A stretch of DNA of 64,000 nt from Tubiluchus corallicola (lineage: Eukaryota > Animalia > Priapulida): NCBI GenBank assembly GCA_030141605.1, contig JAQGDQ010002366.1:752660-816659 (forward strand), read 5' to 3'. Under the pieces are notes generated by a model. That model saw only the letters and a program-made list of their open reading frames with translations. It did not search any database and was not told where the DNA came from. Every line of letters begins with the position of its first letter. The first letter of the stretch is position 1. Below are positions 49,400-61,791 of the stretch, in pieces. The position numbers and the translations under genes were made by a program.

Positions 49400-52300
49400 C
49401 TGTTTCGAAATATTGTAATACAATACACTCATTGAGTTAGTTACATAAATAAATAACCAAAAAACATGTCAGTTAATAGTTAAAAAGCCTCACATTTTTA
49501 CGTAAATACAAAGTGCTAAAAAGCTACATACATTATGCAATAATGACTTGATTTTATGTTACAGAATCACAAATTATTAGCAACAAAAATGTTGTAGAAT
49601 ATATCACTTAACTGCCGATTGTCTATAAAGGGAAAATCATTTCTGCTTAAGTCATTTAAAACATATTGAACAAATGAAAGAGTGATGCTTTGAGCCCATG
49701 TAAGCTCCCTAGCTTTCTTAGATATGAATGTTTTAATATTATTAATATCAGTGTTTATATCTACCTGGATTGGTAGGAGTCCAAATGCGCCACAAGCATC
49801 GCGGCGGTTCTGCAGGTAACAGAAAGAGTAAGAAGCCCACCACCAGAGCAGCAGTAGCATCAGATGCCATTGAGGATTCACCGCCATACTTGAAAAAGGC
49901 ACCCCACCCCGAAATGAACTTTGGATCACGGGAAAACCAAAGCAGGACTAACAACAGGAAGCAAGCGAGAACTTCACATTCTGCAAACCTAAAAATAAAA
50001 TTTGCACATGAAACCTTCTTTGTGTACAATAAGATGCAATGTTACATAATTTCAGGCATGAATTTAGCATGTGAGGCCCACATTTTTAATGATTTTAGTG
50101 AGTGTCACACTGGTATGCCAAAAGCTCAATGCTGCATTTTTTGCTGTTACATTTATCAGCGTACACAGCTTACATTCTCAACTGATAATCGTGGTTTCCA
50201 CAAAAAAACATTAGATGGTTCTCTGACTGAACTAAAAATTTGCTATTAGCAAGGATTAAGTCTCCAAGATGAGATAGTAACTTCAGATACTAACAGATGA
50301 CTTAATGACTTAACTTATACTATTAACAGATACTTAAAATGACTTAATGACTTAATACTAACAGATCCGATATTATGATCGGAATGTATATACATATACA
50401 ACTATCAGCAAGGAAAATAGCTTAAAGCAATATGGCAGATGATATAAGGAGTTCTCCTGGCTGGCACCCACAATATACAAATCACACAACCTGCTGTTGC
50501 TGAACTACTAAGCACACAACGTTAAGTCACTGCAGTTGTAATAACTTCATAACGTGCGCGTAAACAGTATTATTCATAGCTAAACAAATTTTGAGCCCTT
50601 GGCAATTCCTACACGACTACCTCTTGCAATGTGACCAGTAACTGCAAAATTGTTTCAGAAGATTGGGCACAAATCTTTGTTAAATAAATATTGTACGTAG
50701 ATAGACATGATAACATACGTCATGCGTCCCATGCGCCTGTATTGATCTCTAATTACCCTCTCCACAGACGGATCTGACGAGTCTCTGCCAGGAATGAAAC
50801 ATCCACATAGGGCTCTGTAAAATTCCACATATAATTATAATTTGCATAATATATCTTCAACAAATGCCAATAAAAATGCTTGCAAACAAATTTTCACAAG
50901 TACAGTTTGTTCCAGAAGAAATGTGCAGCAGAAATATACTGATATGATTATATTATTGCAATGTACAAGAACCAAGTTATATGGTAGAAAAAATTAGAAC
51001 TACGCAAATGTATTTGTCTTACTACTTTTATGTCATAACGTAGAAGTCCATGGTAACATTTCTTTACAATTTGACCAGCACTCTTCAGCAAATCAGCATA
51101 TTTCTACTATAGTGTTTCTTCTGTACAAATATGGTACACTCGTTAACTTTCCTTACCTATTATTTACACTTGGCAGCTTATTAAGATACAACACTATAAA
51201 AACAAAGCAGGATAGAAATACCCGAAATGACACAAGCATAAAAACAATAATAAAAATTGTCTCTAGATCTTTTCTAAATAGCAGTAAAGCTCGTGTATTT
51301 TACTTTACTTTACAAGTTTACACATTTTATTCTATTTAATCCATTTAGTCATACTTATCTACATAAACAAATTTGTATTTACCTCCATCCCAGGAAAACC
51401 AGTTGCAGCCAAACCCAGAGAATAAAGAGCATGATAAAAGCTCCTGGAGCAGCGTAAGAAAACCAGCTAGCAAAATTCACTCCGGCTTCTTGTCCGTAAT
51501 AACTAAAATTTAAAACAAATCTCATCTTTACAAGAATTACACTAGTTCACAGCATTTATGAGGGCACTCATGCTCAGACTCAGCCAGAAAACATCACAGA
51601 AGAAAGGTTTTTCTCATATTATATTTATAAATTAGTCCCTCTTTTTTAACTTCAACGAGTCAACTTTCATTTGGTCTGCTGGTGTTCAATTTTCAAAAGC
51701 CATATTTCCAGGCTCCAGATACGCATGAGAATCATTCTGGAAATGGGGGCATGCAAATGGGATTATTGGGATTTCAGTGAAACGTGTCGAAGTTAGATCA
51801 GACCAAATCCATGAGGAAGGTGCACGTTGCAACAGTTCAGAACAACATTTGGTTGCCACTACCACCTAAGCTGTGTGAACAGGTGCACTGTCTTTGGAGT
51901 AGTCAGTTTGTGGACAGCGATATAAGGGTTTATAGTATGCAATTATGGTCCAAAATGGGAGTTAGGCTCGTGTCACATATTAAAAAAACATGTGCAGCAA
52001 GCCATAATCTGTAATCCATAAGGTGTTTTCCATAAGGCATATATCACAATATGCAGTATGCTCCTTAGTCTGTTCAAATAGTAAGGCGCTCGGACATAAT
52101 ATATTTCGGCAATGCATGTATCTAATTACAATATTAGTGAAATGTCGTTCTTAAAATTGATTTGTAATGTTTATGAGACCACTCTGTTATGATTTCTTAT
52201 AATATAAATGAATTGCAAACTGTAAAAACCTAAAAATACTCTAATTACATTAGTGATGACCCAAAATTCCTTACAGCAAATAAAATTAATGGCCAAATTC

Positions 52301-55300
52301 ATTTCGCAATGAGGCGCCTCACAAACCACTCAAAACAGCTTGTAAGGAGCCTACCGTGGATTATGGCTGAGGGCTGACGGTAGTCAAACCGTGGTAGGCA
52401 AGAGATGACAAATGGATTATCTGTGAGACAGAAAACCATTGATTAGAATACGTTCATTTTTCATGAGGCAGCTTTTTTCCTCACGGCTTACGGATGATGT
52501 CCAGCTGTGTGACAAAGGCCTTATGCTCCTTACTTATGAGCAAGGCCCTGGAACTTTTTAAAGTACCCTTGCATAGTATGTATTTTGAAAAACGATTTGA
52601 AGAATACAGAGTAAAGATACAGCAAAATGTTACTAACTCTCTCATCAAATACTTACGATTCTAAAAGACCACTGAGCACAAGATTAGGCGGTGTCCCTGT
52701 CAGGGTTGCGGTACCTCCTACGGCAGCCCCGTATGCTATACTCAGCAACATTCCCTTTGCTAATGTATTGTCTTCTTCATCTCGTTCGATATCTTCCAAT
52801 TCATAGGTACCAGATGGACTAAATTTGGCAGAAAAATAAAATTTGTAATTATTAACTAATTCTGCAATTTTGAAACAAATGTGCAGCTTTAAAAAATCGA
52901 CTTAACAAAATCTTGCCGACTTTTCTGCTTGAACAATTTCCGTGCAGGTAATATAAGCTTGGTTCTGTAATAGAAGCGAGGATAGCGGTACTTCTAACCA
53001 TAGAGCACATACAGTTTCGTAAACATGTTGATGGATTCTTGTTATTCAAAGTAGCCATCATCCAAGATTCATTTATGAGCTTACACAGGGCCATAATGAT
53101 ATAATATGTAAACATGGTAATCATGAATAACCTAAAGCAGACACAAGCTGACACAGGTGTAATAAGATATTTAATCAATAGTTCTGAACATGATTAAGAA
53201 GCCTAAGCCAGTAAAGGCATTGCTTTTGCAACAACAGAAACGGTAATTTGCTGTCAAGGGAGTATGGGGATAAAGGGAGATGCATTCCAGTATTCGTCTC
53301 ATCCTGTGACCTAATAGCATTTAGAATTGAGATGGAGAAAGGGAATTTACTTGCTGAGATGTAAAAGTACCAAGTTGCAATTTTACATGTAAATGTAAAG
53401 ATAGATGGTAAATAATGAAATACAAAACTCAGTAATGCAATCAACAAAAATGCAGGTAAGTCTTTTGCAACTACCGACCTTGCCAGTTTTTGTTTGCACT
53501 TCTACTACATGTAGTTATTTTTATGCACAATATTTTACATATAATTATCTAAACACACATGACTATGTAATGCATGCTTGAACATAAACATGCATATGTG
53601 CTTTGCTCCAGGAACACACCAACTGCAGTTGAATCAAGGGCATTTTTTGGTAAGTGGTATTGCACAAAAAATAATAAATAGATGCTAATAATAACTTTAA
53701 ACAATTTACCGCTTTGGATAAAATATTTGAAAAGTTAGACAAATCAAGGTGGACAAAACTCATAAGTCATTATGGCAAACATATTTTCAAACCCAAACCA
53801 ACTGTAGTTGTATGGCTAGAGTTAACAGTGTGTCAGTGTCAGCAAATGAAACAGCATGCACCTGTAATACATTATTCACATGCAATGGAGGCAAACACTA
53901 GTGCGACGATACTGCAGCTTTTTATCGATTTTGTTGATAGTTTTGGTTACAAAACCCTTAACAAAGAAAACTAAATGGCTAGTTCAGATGTTTTTGTACA
54001 GTCTGCAAGTCGCTATCCTGTGCACAGCGATAAAACTGGTCTACTTAAAAGTGAATGCGACAGGACTGGAATCTAGCTCACTATCATGAAATCCTAACCA
54101 CATTTGAATACTTGTATTCGACGTATTTACTTACTTAGCTTGGCATTGCTTAATTTTAATTACTAGGAGCACTTTTCAAACTAGGTACCACTATTCAATG
54201 GCAAAGCTTAGTAAATGAAGGTGGTTGTGAAAAATCTAGCACCTATAGCTCAATATGAAGAATAATTTCAGCCAGGTTTCAATGTGTAAATGTCCTACCT
54301 CAATGAGGTAAATAGCTAAGAACAGTATAAAAAACGTAACTCTACAAGAACAGTCTTCCAGAGGTCGCTTATCGATTTACCGAACTTAAGCGGTGCTAAG
54401 CTTGATGCTGCTTAACTTCGGTTACTAAGCACACACCATGACTACTCAGCCAACAAAGTCTACATAATGCATAAGTCTACTCTCTTAGGACCTGAATCTA
54501 GATCATAATCAAGGACGTCTGGAATCTTTTGATGCATCATCTACATTCTACCCCTTCCAATATTCCCTCACCATTACAAAATATAGATGTTAACACTAAG
54601 TTTAGTTATATTCATGCACCAATGAAAAGAAATTTGAACCTACAGCCGAACTCTATTTTTAGATCCACGTTGGGGTAAATATCCCTCCTCTGTGGTGTCG
54701 CCCTTCTCCACGTCCTGCACAATGTGACCATTCTGCTCCTGGGAAGGTTTAATCATAACATCCATCTCCTGCATGCCGCTATTGTCACTGACCGAGTCGG
54801 AGCGGCGATCCTCTTCTTGAAACACATTTAAGAAATTCATCATGGGCATATCCAGCTCCATGTCATGCTCAGAATTCCTATCATATAACATGGGTGTGAG
54901 AAACAACTAGAAACAAAATCATTGTGTGTGTGATTAGCATGTGCAACATAGACAGAAAAACTGCACAAAATAAATGTGAATAGGTGGTGTTTAATTGGGT
55001 GCTACCTGCTATGAAACAGGCACCACAGTTTCCTCAAAAACAACAGTGTTCAGATTGTGTGCAAGTTTCCTGTGAATACCAGCATACACACCTATTTAAC
55101 AGTAAAAGTAATGATCAATGTAGGCCATGATCATGATGCCATTAAAGACCTGACCTAGTTCTCAATTGGCTTCATTACCTGAAGGTATTATTGTTGTTAG
55201 CAATTACTCTGACACGCCTTTGCGGCGATGCATTTCTGACACTAAGAACAATACAGGTTTTGCTTGCCTGACGTCTCTCTAAAGCTAGATTACTCAGTGA

Positions 55301-58300
55301 TAACCTGCTTGTACTAAACTGCTACATTTGCTTCTTCAAAGTAAAGTGATGAGTGCCAGCAAACACTTTACAAACATGCCAATCAACAAAGTAAATTTAA
55401 CAGGACAAACTCACTTGTGTTCAATTCCAATATGCTCAATGTCCGCCATGTCCTTGACATCTTCGTCTGGAATGCCACCAAATTCTTCTGCATACTCCTC
55501 AATCTCGCGTGCCTTTATCTCGAACTCGGGCTGAGTGAGAGTCGTTCCACTACGGTCACGGTAACCGCGCATACTGGCTAGGCGTTCTCGGTGTCTCCCA
55601 CCTGGACCAACACCGCCAGTCATGCTGCTTATGGTGTCACCGCGAGGCCTCCCAGTCCAACTGGTTATAGTGTCACCACGCGGTCTGCCCGTCCAGCTGG
55701 TCACAGTGTCACCACGCGGTCTACCCGTCCAACTGGTCACAGTGTCACCACGTGGTCTACCTGTCCCACTGGTTATGGTGTTGTGACGTGATTTCTGTTT
55801 TTCCTCTTCATAGTTAGGATTTGCAACTGAAAATAAACATCATTATTGTACCAAATAACCCAAGTATGCTACCAGAATATAGAACAATAATTACTGCTCA
55901 TGCAAATAAAATTTAGTGGTTATGTTGCATATTTTGCTCACGTGTGTCGTACTTTGATTTTCAAGAATAGAACAAGGGTTTCCCTCAACAAACCAATAGT
56001 ACAATAATTATTGCAATGGCCTAGATACATTAGTAGCAAACTTTTTCATGTATTAGAGAATAAATGCACTTGCTTTCACGCAATTGTTTAGATAAAAGGA
56101 AATTACGAGAAATTGTTCAAAACATTTTAAAACACAATTTAGAACTTTTATTGCTTCACAAATAATTGTTCTACAGGAACGCTTATACTGACTAGACTTA
56201 TGGGAAAAGTGGCTAGCTCGATTGCAGTTAGTCTTTCAGACACGATAAATGATGCAAACAGCCAATACTTACCGATTAAGTAAAATTTTCTTTAATTTTT
56301 TTATATAAACTTATTTTCATAATCTTTGGTATACAGAAAAGCCTGACTGACGCACCTTAGGAATGAGCAGGTCTGATATAAAGTTGAGAAATTTACAATT
56401 TGATACTGAAAATTTTAACAGTGACAGTGCAACAACTGCAATCTAGCGATACAACTAACATTTACTGAATCGACTTGTAACTTTTATAAATTCCTGTGAG
56501 ACGTCAAAAATAGTTTCATGTTATTTAATTGCTGTGAATTATGATCCTGTACTTCAACACAGTGAAATTTAGCATGAAAAGCTTAATGCAAACTTTACCA
56601 TTTTCAAACTGTAGCTCTTCTTCGTAGTCTCGCTTCTGATGACGAAGACAGATGAGTTGATTTACAACAGCTTGAACAATGGGAACCATCATGGCGGTGG
56701 CAGCAGTGTTGCTTATCCACATTGAGAGAAGAAATGATGTACCAATAATTCCTAACATTAACCTGCAAAAAGTGGAAATTCGCACATTTACAGCAATGTT
56801 GCAAATGCAATTTTTATTAATGCTGACAGAAATCCATAAACACGAAAATTTCTTTTTTATTCTTGGAATTAAGAAAGCCCAATTTTTTGAAGATTAAAAG
56901 CAAATATATTTCTTCAGATTCAAAAAACTTACGTAGGTTGATTAAAACATTTAGGCAAAAATGATTATTTCAACAATCGAAGTTGTACAAACATTCTTTG
57001 GCATCAAAAATTTTGAAAATATTCTTTTTCGAGAAAAATCAATAGAATTATGCAAAGACACTGAAATGAACATAACTTTAATGCAGATACCATGCAGTAA
57101 AAAAGAGTTAAATTATGATGTGAAAAGTGTTCCAGTTTTAGGTAGAGCAAACAAGTTTGTTTAAAAAATAGTCTCAACACATGAGTCGCAAGATTAGAAT
57201 TCGAAAATAAATGTAATAATCTATAAGTCCAGAAAGTTTTCTTAGATTCAAAATTTTGAACTATCCAGGATTAGCAAATCCACAAACCACATCAATTTTC
57301 GCTCTATAAACTGGCTATTATCAGCGTAAATGTAACAGAAATTCTTCACACATACTTCATAATTACTCAGCAATACTAGGCATAATTAATATTAGTACGG
57401 ACAATAATTACATGCTGTTCAGCGGATACTACATTCTCTGATGCCGTGCAAAGCAATGAAAGAAAGCGCTCGGTGAATGAAATGTGGTTAATTACCTGAC
57501 CTAATCTTATGAATATTTCAGACGGAGACGAACTCAACAGTGAGTTGATCATGTATTCATCCTTTCATTCACGTTAGCAGATTATAAGCAAGCGGCTAAG
57601 TGCTAATGAAATGACGTGCAACCCAACACTAATCGTCCAGTGAGAATTCAACAAACCAAAGAATTATTATCTCTGATTCCTGACATATCGACTCCACCAA
57701 CCAATACTTGCTGTTATGCAAAAACAACTTATTGAAATTTTAAAATAATATGGTCCATATTAGACATTCGACACATCCCACCTCCACTCCCACCCCGTAC
57801 CCCTTGCCAGTATCATTAATGCAATAGTGCTTTAAATCAATTTAAGAACTCAGCAGGTGACATTTTATATAAGAGTTCACAACGTCAAGTTGTGTTTGCG
57901 ACCGCCATGGTATATCTAGGTAACCACGGACAAACAAACCCACATTACGGAGAAATATGCAAACCACAGTATGTAGAGCTGATGTAGATTCATTCCTTCT
58001 TTTCACTGAGGGAGGATGAATAACGTGCTAAGTCGCCGCCTACGTCTTTGCTTGTACACTGTGTTGATATCTGTACATGGCTAAGTAACCATTGTTGCAC
58101 TTAGACCTTGAGTCTGAACTTGGAGGGCTACCAGGACAAAATGACCCAGAAACCGGTCCTGCCACTGGGCTCTGGATTCCCGCTAGTAGTGTGCCAAGTT
58201 GTACAAAAATCGTTCATGAATTTTTAAACAAAAGCTATAAACAATGGAGACTAAGATAATTAGGAAAGTGAATTATGTTATGCAGCATCACCATTAAAGA

Positions 58301-61300
58301 CACTAATAACCTTCTCACTGTTGAAACAAGATTTTATTTTTAGGCACTCATCAATCCTGGGCTCCATATTGGAATGTTTAGATGAGTAAGCTAACCCGTG
58401 ATTAGACTCTGATGGCGCGCATACACAGCCTCACTTTCACTCTCAGTTTTCTGTCCTATTACAACTTGACGCGGCACAGTTTTTATTTGTTTCAAAAATA
58501 GTTTAGCTGCCATTGAAGTTAAACTAACGCTCTTTCTAAGCTGTAAACTTGACGCGAGCAGACGGTTCTTGTTACCGCGCAAATATTGCAGCAGACATGG
58601 TTAAATTTATCAAGAACAAAATGTTATGATGCACAGAAATTATAATCAACAATTCCTGTCTTTAAACTTATGACCTTGAAAAAAGTTCGCTGTCGCTCTC
58701 CCTTTCCCTGCCCTCCCCCTCCCCATCATATTCTTAAATTGGCATAGTAATTAACGCCATGAATTTTGGCTTGCAAATAGAGGCCTTGTATATACTTATG
58801 TATATATGTCATCTGCTGTAGGTTTCTTTCTCTGACTTTAAATTTGCTCTTTTCCCTGCCCACCTGGGATGCTTAATACTTTTTGTTATGAAAATAACGC
58901 CCTCCCCGTTAAGACAAAATACAGGACTAAACTGTTCGAATACGTTTATAATAAGATCAACGATGACTGAGAATTAAAATAACCAAAAACTAAAATGGTG
59001 TCCCAACGATTGTTTCAAATATTTATTTTTCAAAGTGAATTTTATATATCCGCCAGCGTAGAGCAACGTACTTTACAACCATCCGCATTCTGACACTGTA
59101 ATTAGCTTTGGCAATCTACCAACTCATATAAACAGCATTTCAGGACATTGAAACTTTGCCAAGGGCGTTCATCTTGTGCCTCACATGATCAGAAAATCTT
59201 CTCACAAGCAATAAAAATCAATACTACTGATGCAATAAAACACTCCCCTGACGTCAGCCAATAGGGTACCCAGAATTACATAGCAAAGCCTGTTTGACTA
59301 GACGTCAAAATCATATGCTGCCTGTTTTACAAAGTAGCAGTCCTCGGCCACTAAAATGACCTTCACAAGGTCAGTCAATAAAACAGGGCACTACCTTTTC
59401 AGATAAACTTTTTAAATGAAACGTAAAACACAGTATTGTATCAGAAGTGAGGAATTAGATACAGGAGCCAGACTTTTGTCGAGATAACGTCTTAGCCATT
59501 TCTGCAAGATGCTTCTCCTATCTAAGATCAGAACACAAGTCAAGGCCAAGCAAACTAGTACATGAATGCATATAGTGACACAAATTATAAGAAATTCTTG
59601 AATAAGCCAAACCGAACTGGCACCTGGCAAACTTGATTGGAAATTTGATCAATACAATAACGGTAATCCTCACATAATGTTTGAACTTTTATGGCAAGAA
59701 AGCTTGCTGCCAGTAAACGAAACATCATTTTTCTTCTAATAAAAGTTTAAATATTATGCGTGGTCTGCCATTATTGTATTGATAACTGACAAGTAAAATT
59801 GTTTGACAAAAACTGATTCTGCAAAATGAGAGTTACTGTAATAGGAAGAGTGATTTACAATAGCACATACTTGTTAATTTAACAATTAATCTCTGCTACA
59901 TCAATACGTGGTTAAAAGACTATATATTGATTGTTGTTTACATAAAAGGACATACCATCGAGGTTTTGAACCGACTAGCATTAAGACTCGTAAAGCAATC
60001 CGTCTATGAAGATTCCTGTGTTCGACTCCAATGGCCACCACTAGACCACCAATAAACAACATGTTTGTGTCCTAGAAATATAATCAACTACACTTAGTAG
60101 ATAACTACAATTGCTGTAATTGTTCCCGCTTAGCTGGGTTATCTATATATCTTCATGAATAAAGACAGGAAAGGTATAACTTAAGCTAAAAATGCCAATG
60201 TCACCAAACTTAGTGTTGTGACATTTGACACTAAATTTTGTTTATTATTAAGGCCTGATATATACCCGAGATAAATATACATTAATATACCTGAGATAAT
60301 TACATGTAATGAAAAAACAATAAATCAAGTTGCAAATGTATCAAGACAGCACAGCCATCTTTAGTAATCATCACAATAAGATATCGCCAAAGTAAAAATA
60401 ACAGTTTTTTAATTATTAAAATTTAAGTGCTTTCAGAATTTAATTCTAATCACAACTCCAAAGCACTTAAATTTTAATAACTAATTTCATTAATGCATTT
60501 GACTTTGATAATCAGTGTTTTTGTTATGATGATACAAATGTGTCAACTTTAAAGCCTTCAACATTCGTATCTTGAAACTGGTGAAATACTGTTTTGAGAA
60601 TGTTTCCATATGAAAATAATAAGTCATTCCCCGTCCTGACTGATGAATTGTTGAAGTTTATGGCATCAAACTTTATTCTCATGTTAATCTAATTTTCACC
60701 TAACCAGAGGCCATGAAAATGGAGAGAACAGGTCAAAAATTAAGATCTTAAGATCTGACTGCAGGATTCAGTAATTCTAAATGCAATTTCTTACAATGAC
60801 AATATGAATTAAGAAAATTGGTGTAAGTAAAACTTAATCTGGAAATGCCGAACTAAAATAACTTTCGTTGGAATTTCTTCAGCTAATGACACGTCAAGAG
60901 CAACTGTTCACGTTAATGATTAGATAAAAAACTTAGCAAACAAACACTACGCGACTATGCCGTTTCTTTAATTTACTTATTTTATAAGTCCTTCAAAAAT
61001 CTGTCTATTATGACAAATAGTTATCGCCTAGAATGGTGGTATTCCACAAAACACTAACTCACTGAACATTACTCACACTAGGGCTCTATAAACAAATTAT
61101 TTTTTCGAACGAAAAGAATGAGCCGTTTAGCTTGTAATTCTATCTACAAACAGGCTAGCAAGCATTCCCCTATCAAGTTAATACTTTCTCTTATTGACTT
61201 GAAGAAACATAAAATGCGTCCATGGATCACTGCATGCCAAACACAAGATATTAGCCAACGGCCATAAGTATCTCTAAACGTAAACAACAACGATGAATGG

Positions 61301-61791
61301 CACATGTAATCAACGTCAAATAACAAACGTTTTACATCGTAACTTTATCAAATTTTTATCAAATAATAACTTCTGATATATCCGCCACAAACTTACTTTA
61401 ATAACTTCTGACATATCAGCCACGAACTTACTTTAATAACTTCTGATATGTCAGTCACGAACTTACTTTAATAACTTCTGACATATCAGCCACGAACTTA
61501 CTTTGATAACTTCTGATATATCAGTCACGAACTTACTTTAATAACTTCTGATATATCAGTCACGAACTTACTTTAATAACTTCTGATATATCAGCCACGA
61601 ACTTACTTTAATAACTTCTGATATATCAGCCACGAACTTACTTTGAGATACTGTGCAGCAACAGTTCCAGAAGGTACGACGCCTAATAATGGAAAAAGTA
61701 CAGCGGGCATGAGTGACGTAACAGCTAGAGGTAGTACTTCCGTCATCCAATACACCGCCATTACTAGTATCACAAATGCACATTTGGCTTC
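46716..61791 (-). CDS. SLC13: SLC13 family Na+-coupled di/tricarboxylate (or sulfate) transporter, INDY/SLC13A2/A5-like; 5'-partial
   Basis: Phase-compatible exons: 61791-61642 ([27 protein letters not shown]), 60071-59956 ([17 protein letters not shown]), 56762-56599 ([13 protein letters not shown]), 55826-55415, 54877-54644, 52818-52657 ([12 protein letters not shown]), 51502-51383, 50814-50719, 49988-49765 (RDPKFISGW), 48842-48739 ([16 protein letters not shown]), 47650-47489 (TEVVSNTAT), 47205-47068 ([14 protein letters not shown]), 46847-46716. Exon 1 not located. Confidence 0.95.
47862..47938 (-). pseudogene. tRNA-like relic (TGT/Thr-like anticodon) or tRNA-SINE head
   Basis: Minus strand GGAATAT-GGTGACCTAGTGGTCAAGGCA-TCTGC-CTTGTAA-GCAGA-AGACCCCTGGTTCAAATTCGTGGT-GTATTCC-A. 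Acceptor and anticodon stems pair, A/B boxes present, T-stem imperfect. Confidence 0.6.
48015..48668. mobile_element. Possible hAT-like MITE relic
   Basis: Right end ...GGTACGCCACTG (reverse complement CAGTGGCGTACC) and a degraded G-rich left end GAGGCGAGTAGCAGGGGGGGCG. TSD not confirmed. Confidence 0.35.
48907..49352. mobile_element. pogo/Tigger-like MITE, ~450 bp
   Basis: TA-CAGTGGAAGCTCGA at left; TCGAGCTATCATTG-TA at right (imperfect TIR). Confidence 0.65.
55620..55781 (-). repeat. Coding 36-bp tandem repeat (12-aa unit RPRGDT[VI]TSWTG) in an SLC13 exon
   Basis: RPRGDT codons at 55758-55741, 55722-55705, 55686-55669 and 55650-55633; many differences between units are synonymous. Confidence 0.92.
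60413..60480. repeat. Perfect 21-bp inverted repeat with 26-nt spacer
   Basis: TTATTAAAATTTAAGTGCTTT (60413-60433) and AAAGCACTTAAATTTTAATAA (60460-60480). Confidence 0.9.
61365..61644. repeat. 35-bp minisatellite, 8 copies, overlapping an SLC13 splice donor
   Basis: Unit aataacttctgatatatcagccacgaacttacttt; ACTTAC at 61391, 61426, 61461, 61496, 61531, 61566, 61601 and 61636. Confidence 0.96.

Noticed and set aside
53010-53400. Possible Penelope-like RT relic (FRKHVDG..., IEMEKGNLL)
   Set aside because: Only two short degraded motifs, separated by unrelated sequence; not supportable without a search.
55633-55758. Four RGD motifs as integrin ligands
   Set aside because: The loop is predicted cytoplasmic, and neighbouring non-RGD sites keep RxRxxS/T, so the kinase consensus explains the pattern better.
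57430-58200. GC-richer intronic stretch resembling a SINE or ncRNA
   Set aside because: No convincing A/B boxes, TSD or second copy identified by eye.
61365-61644. CRISPR-like array (35-bp partly palindromic repeats)
   Set aside because: Units are head-to-tail with no unique spacers, there are no cas genes, and the context is a eukaryotic intron.
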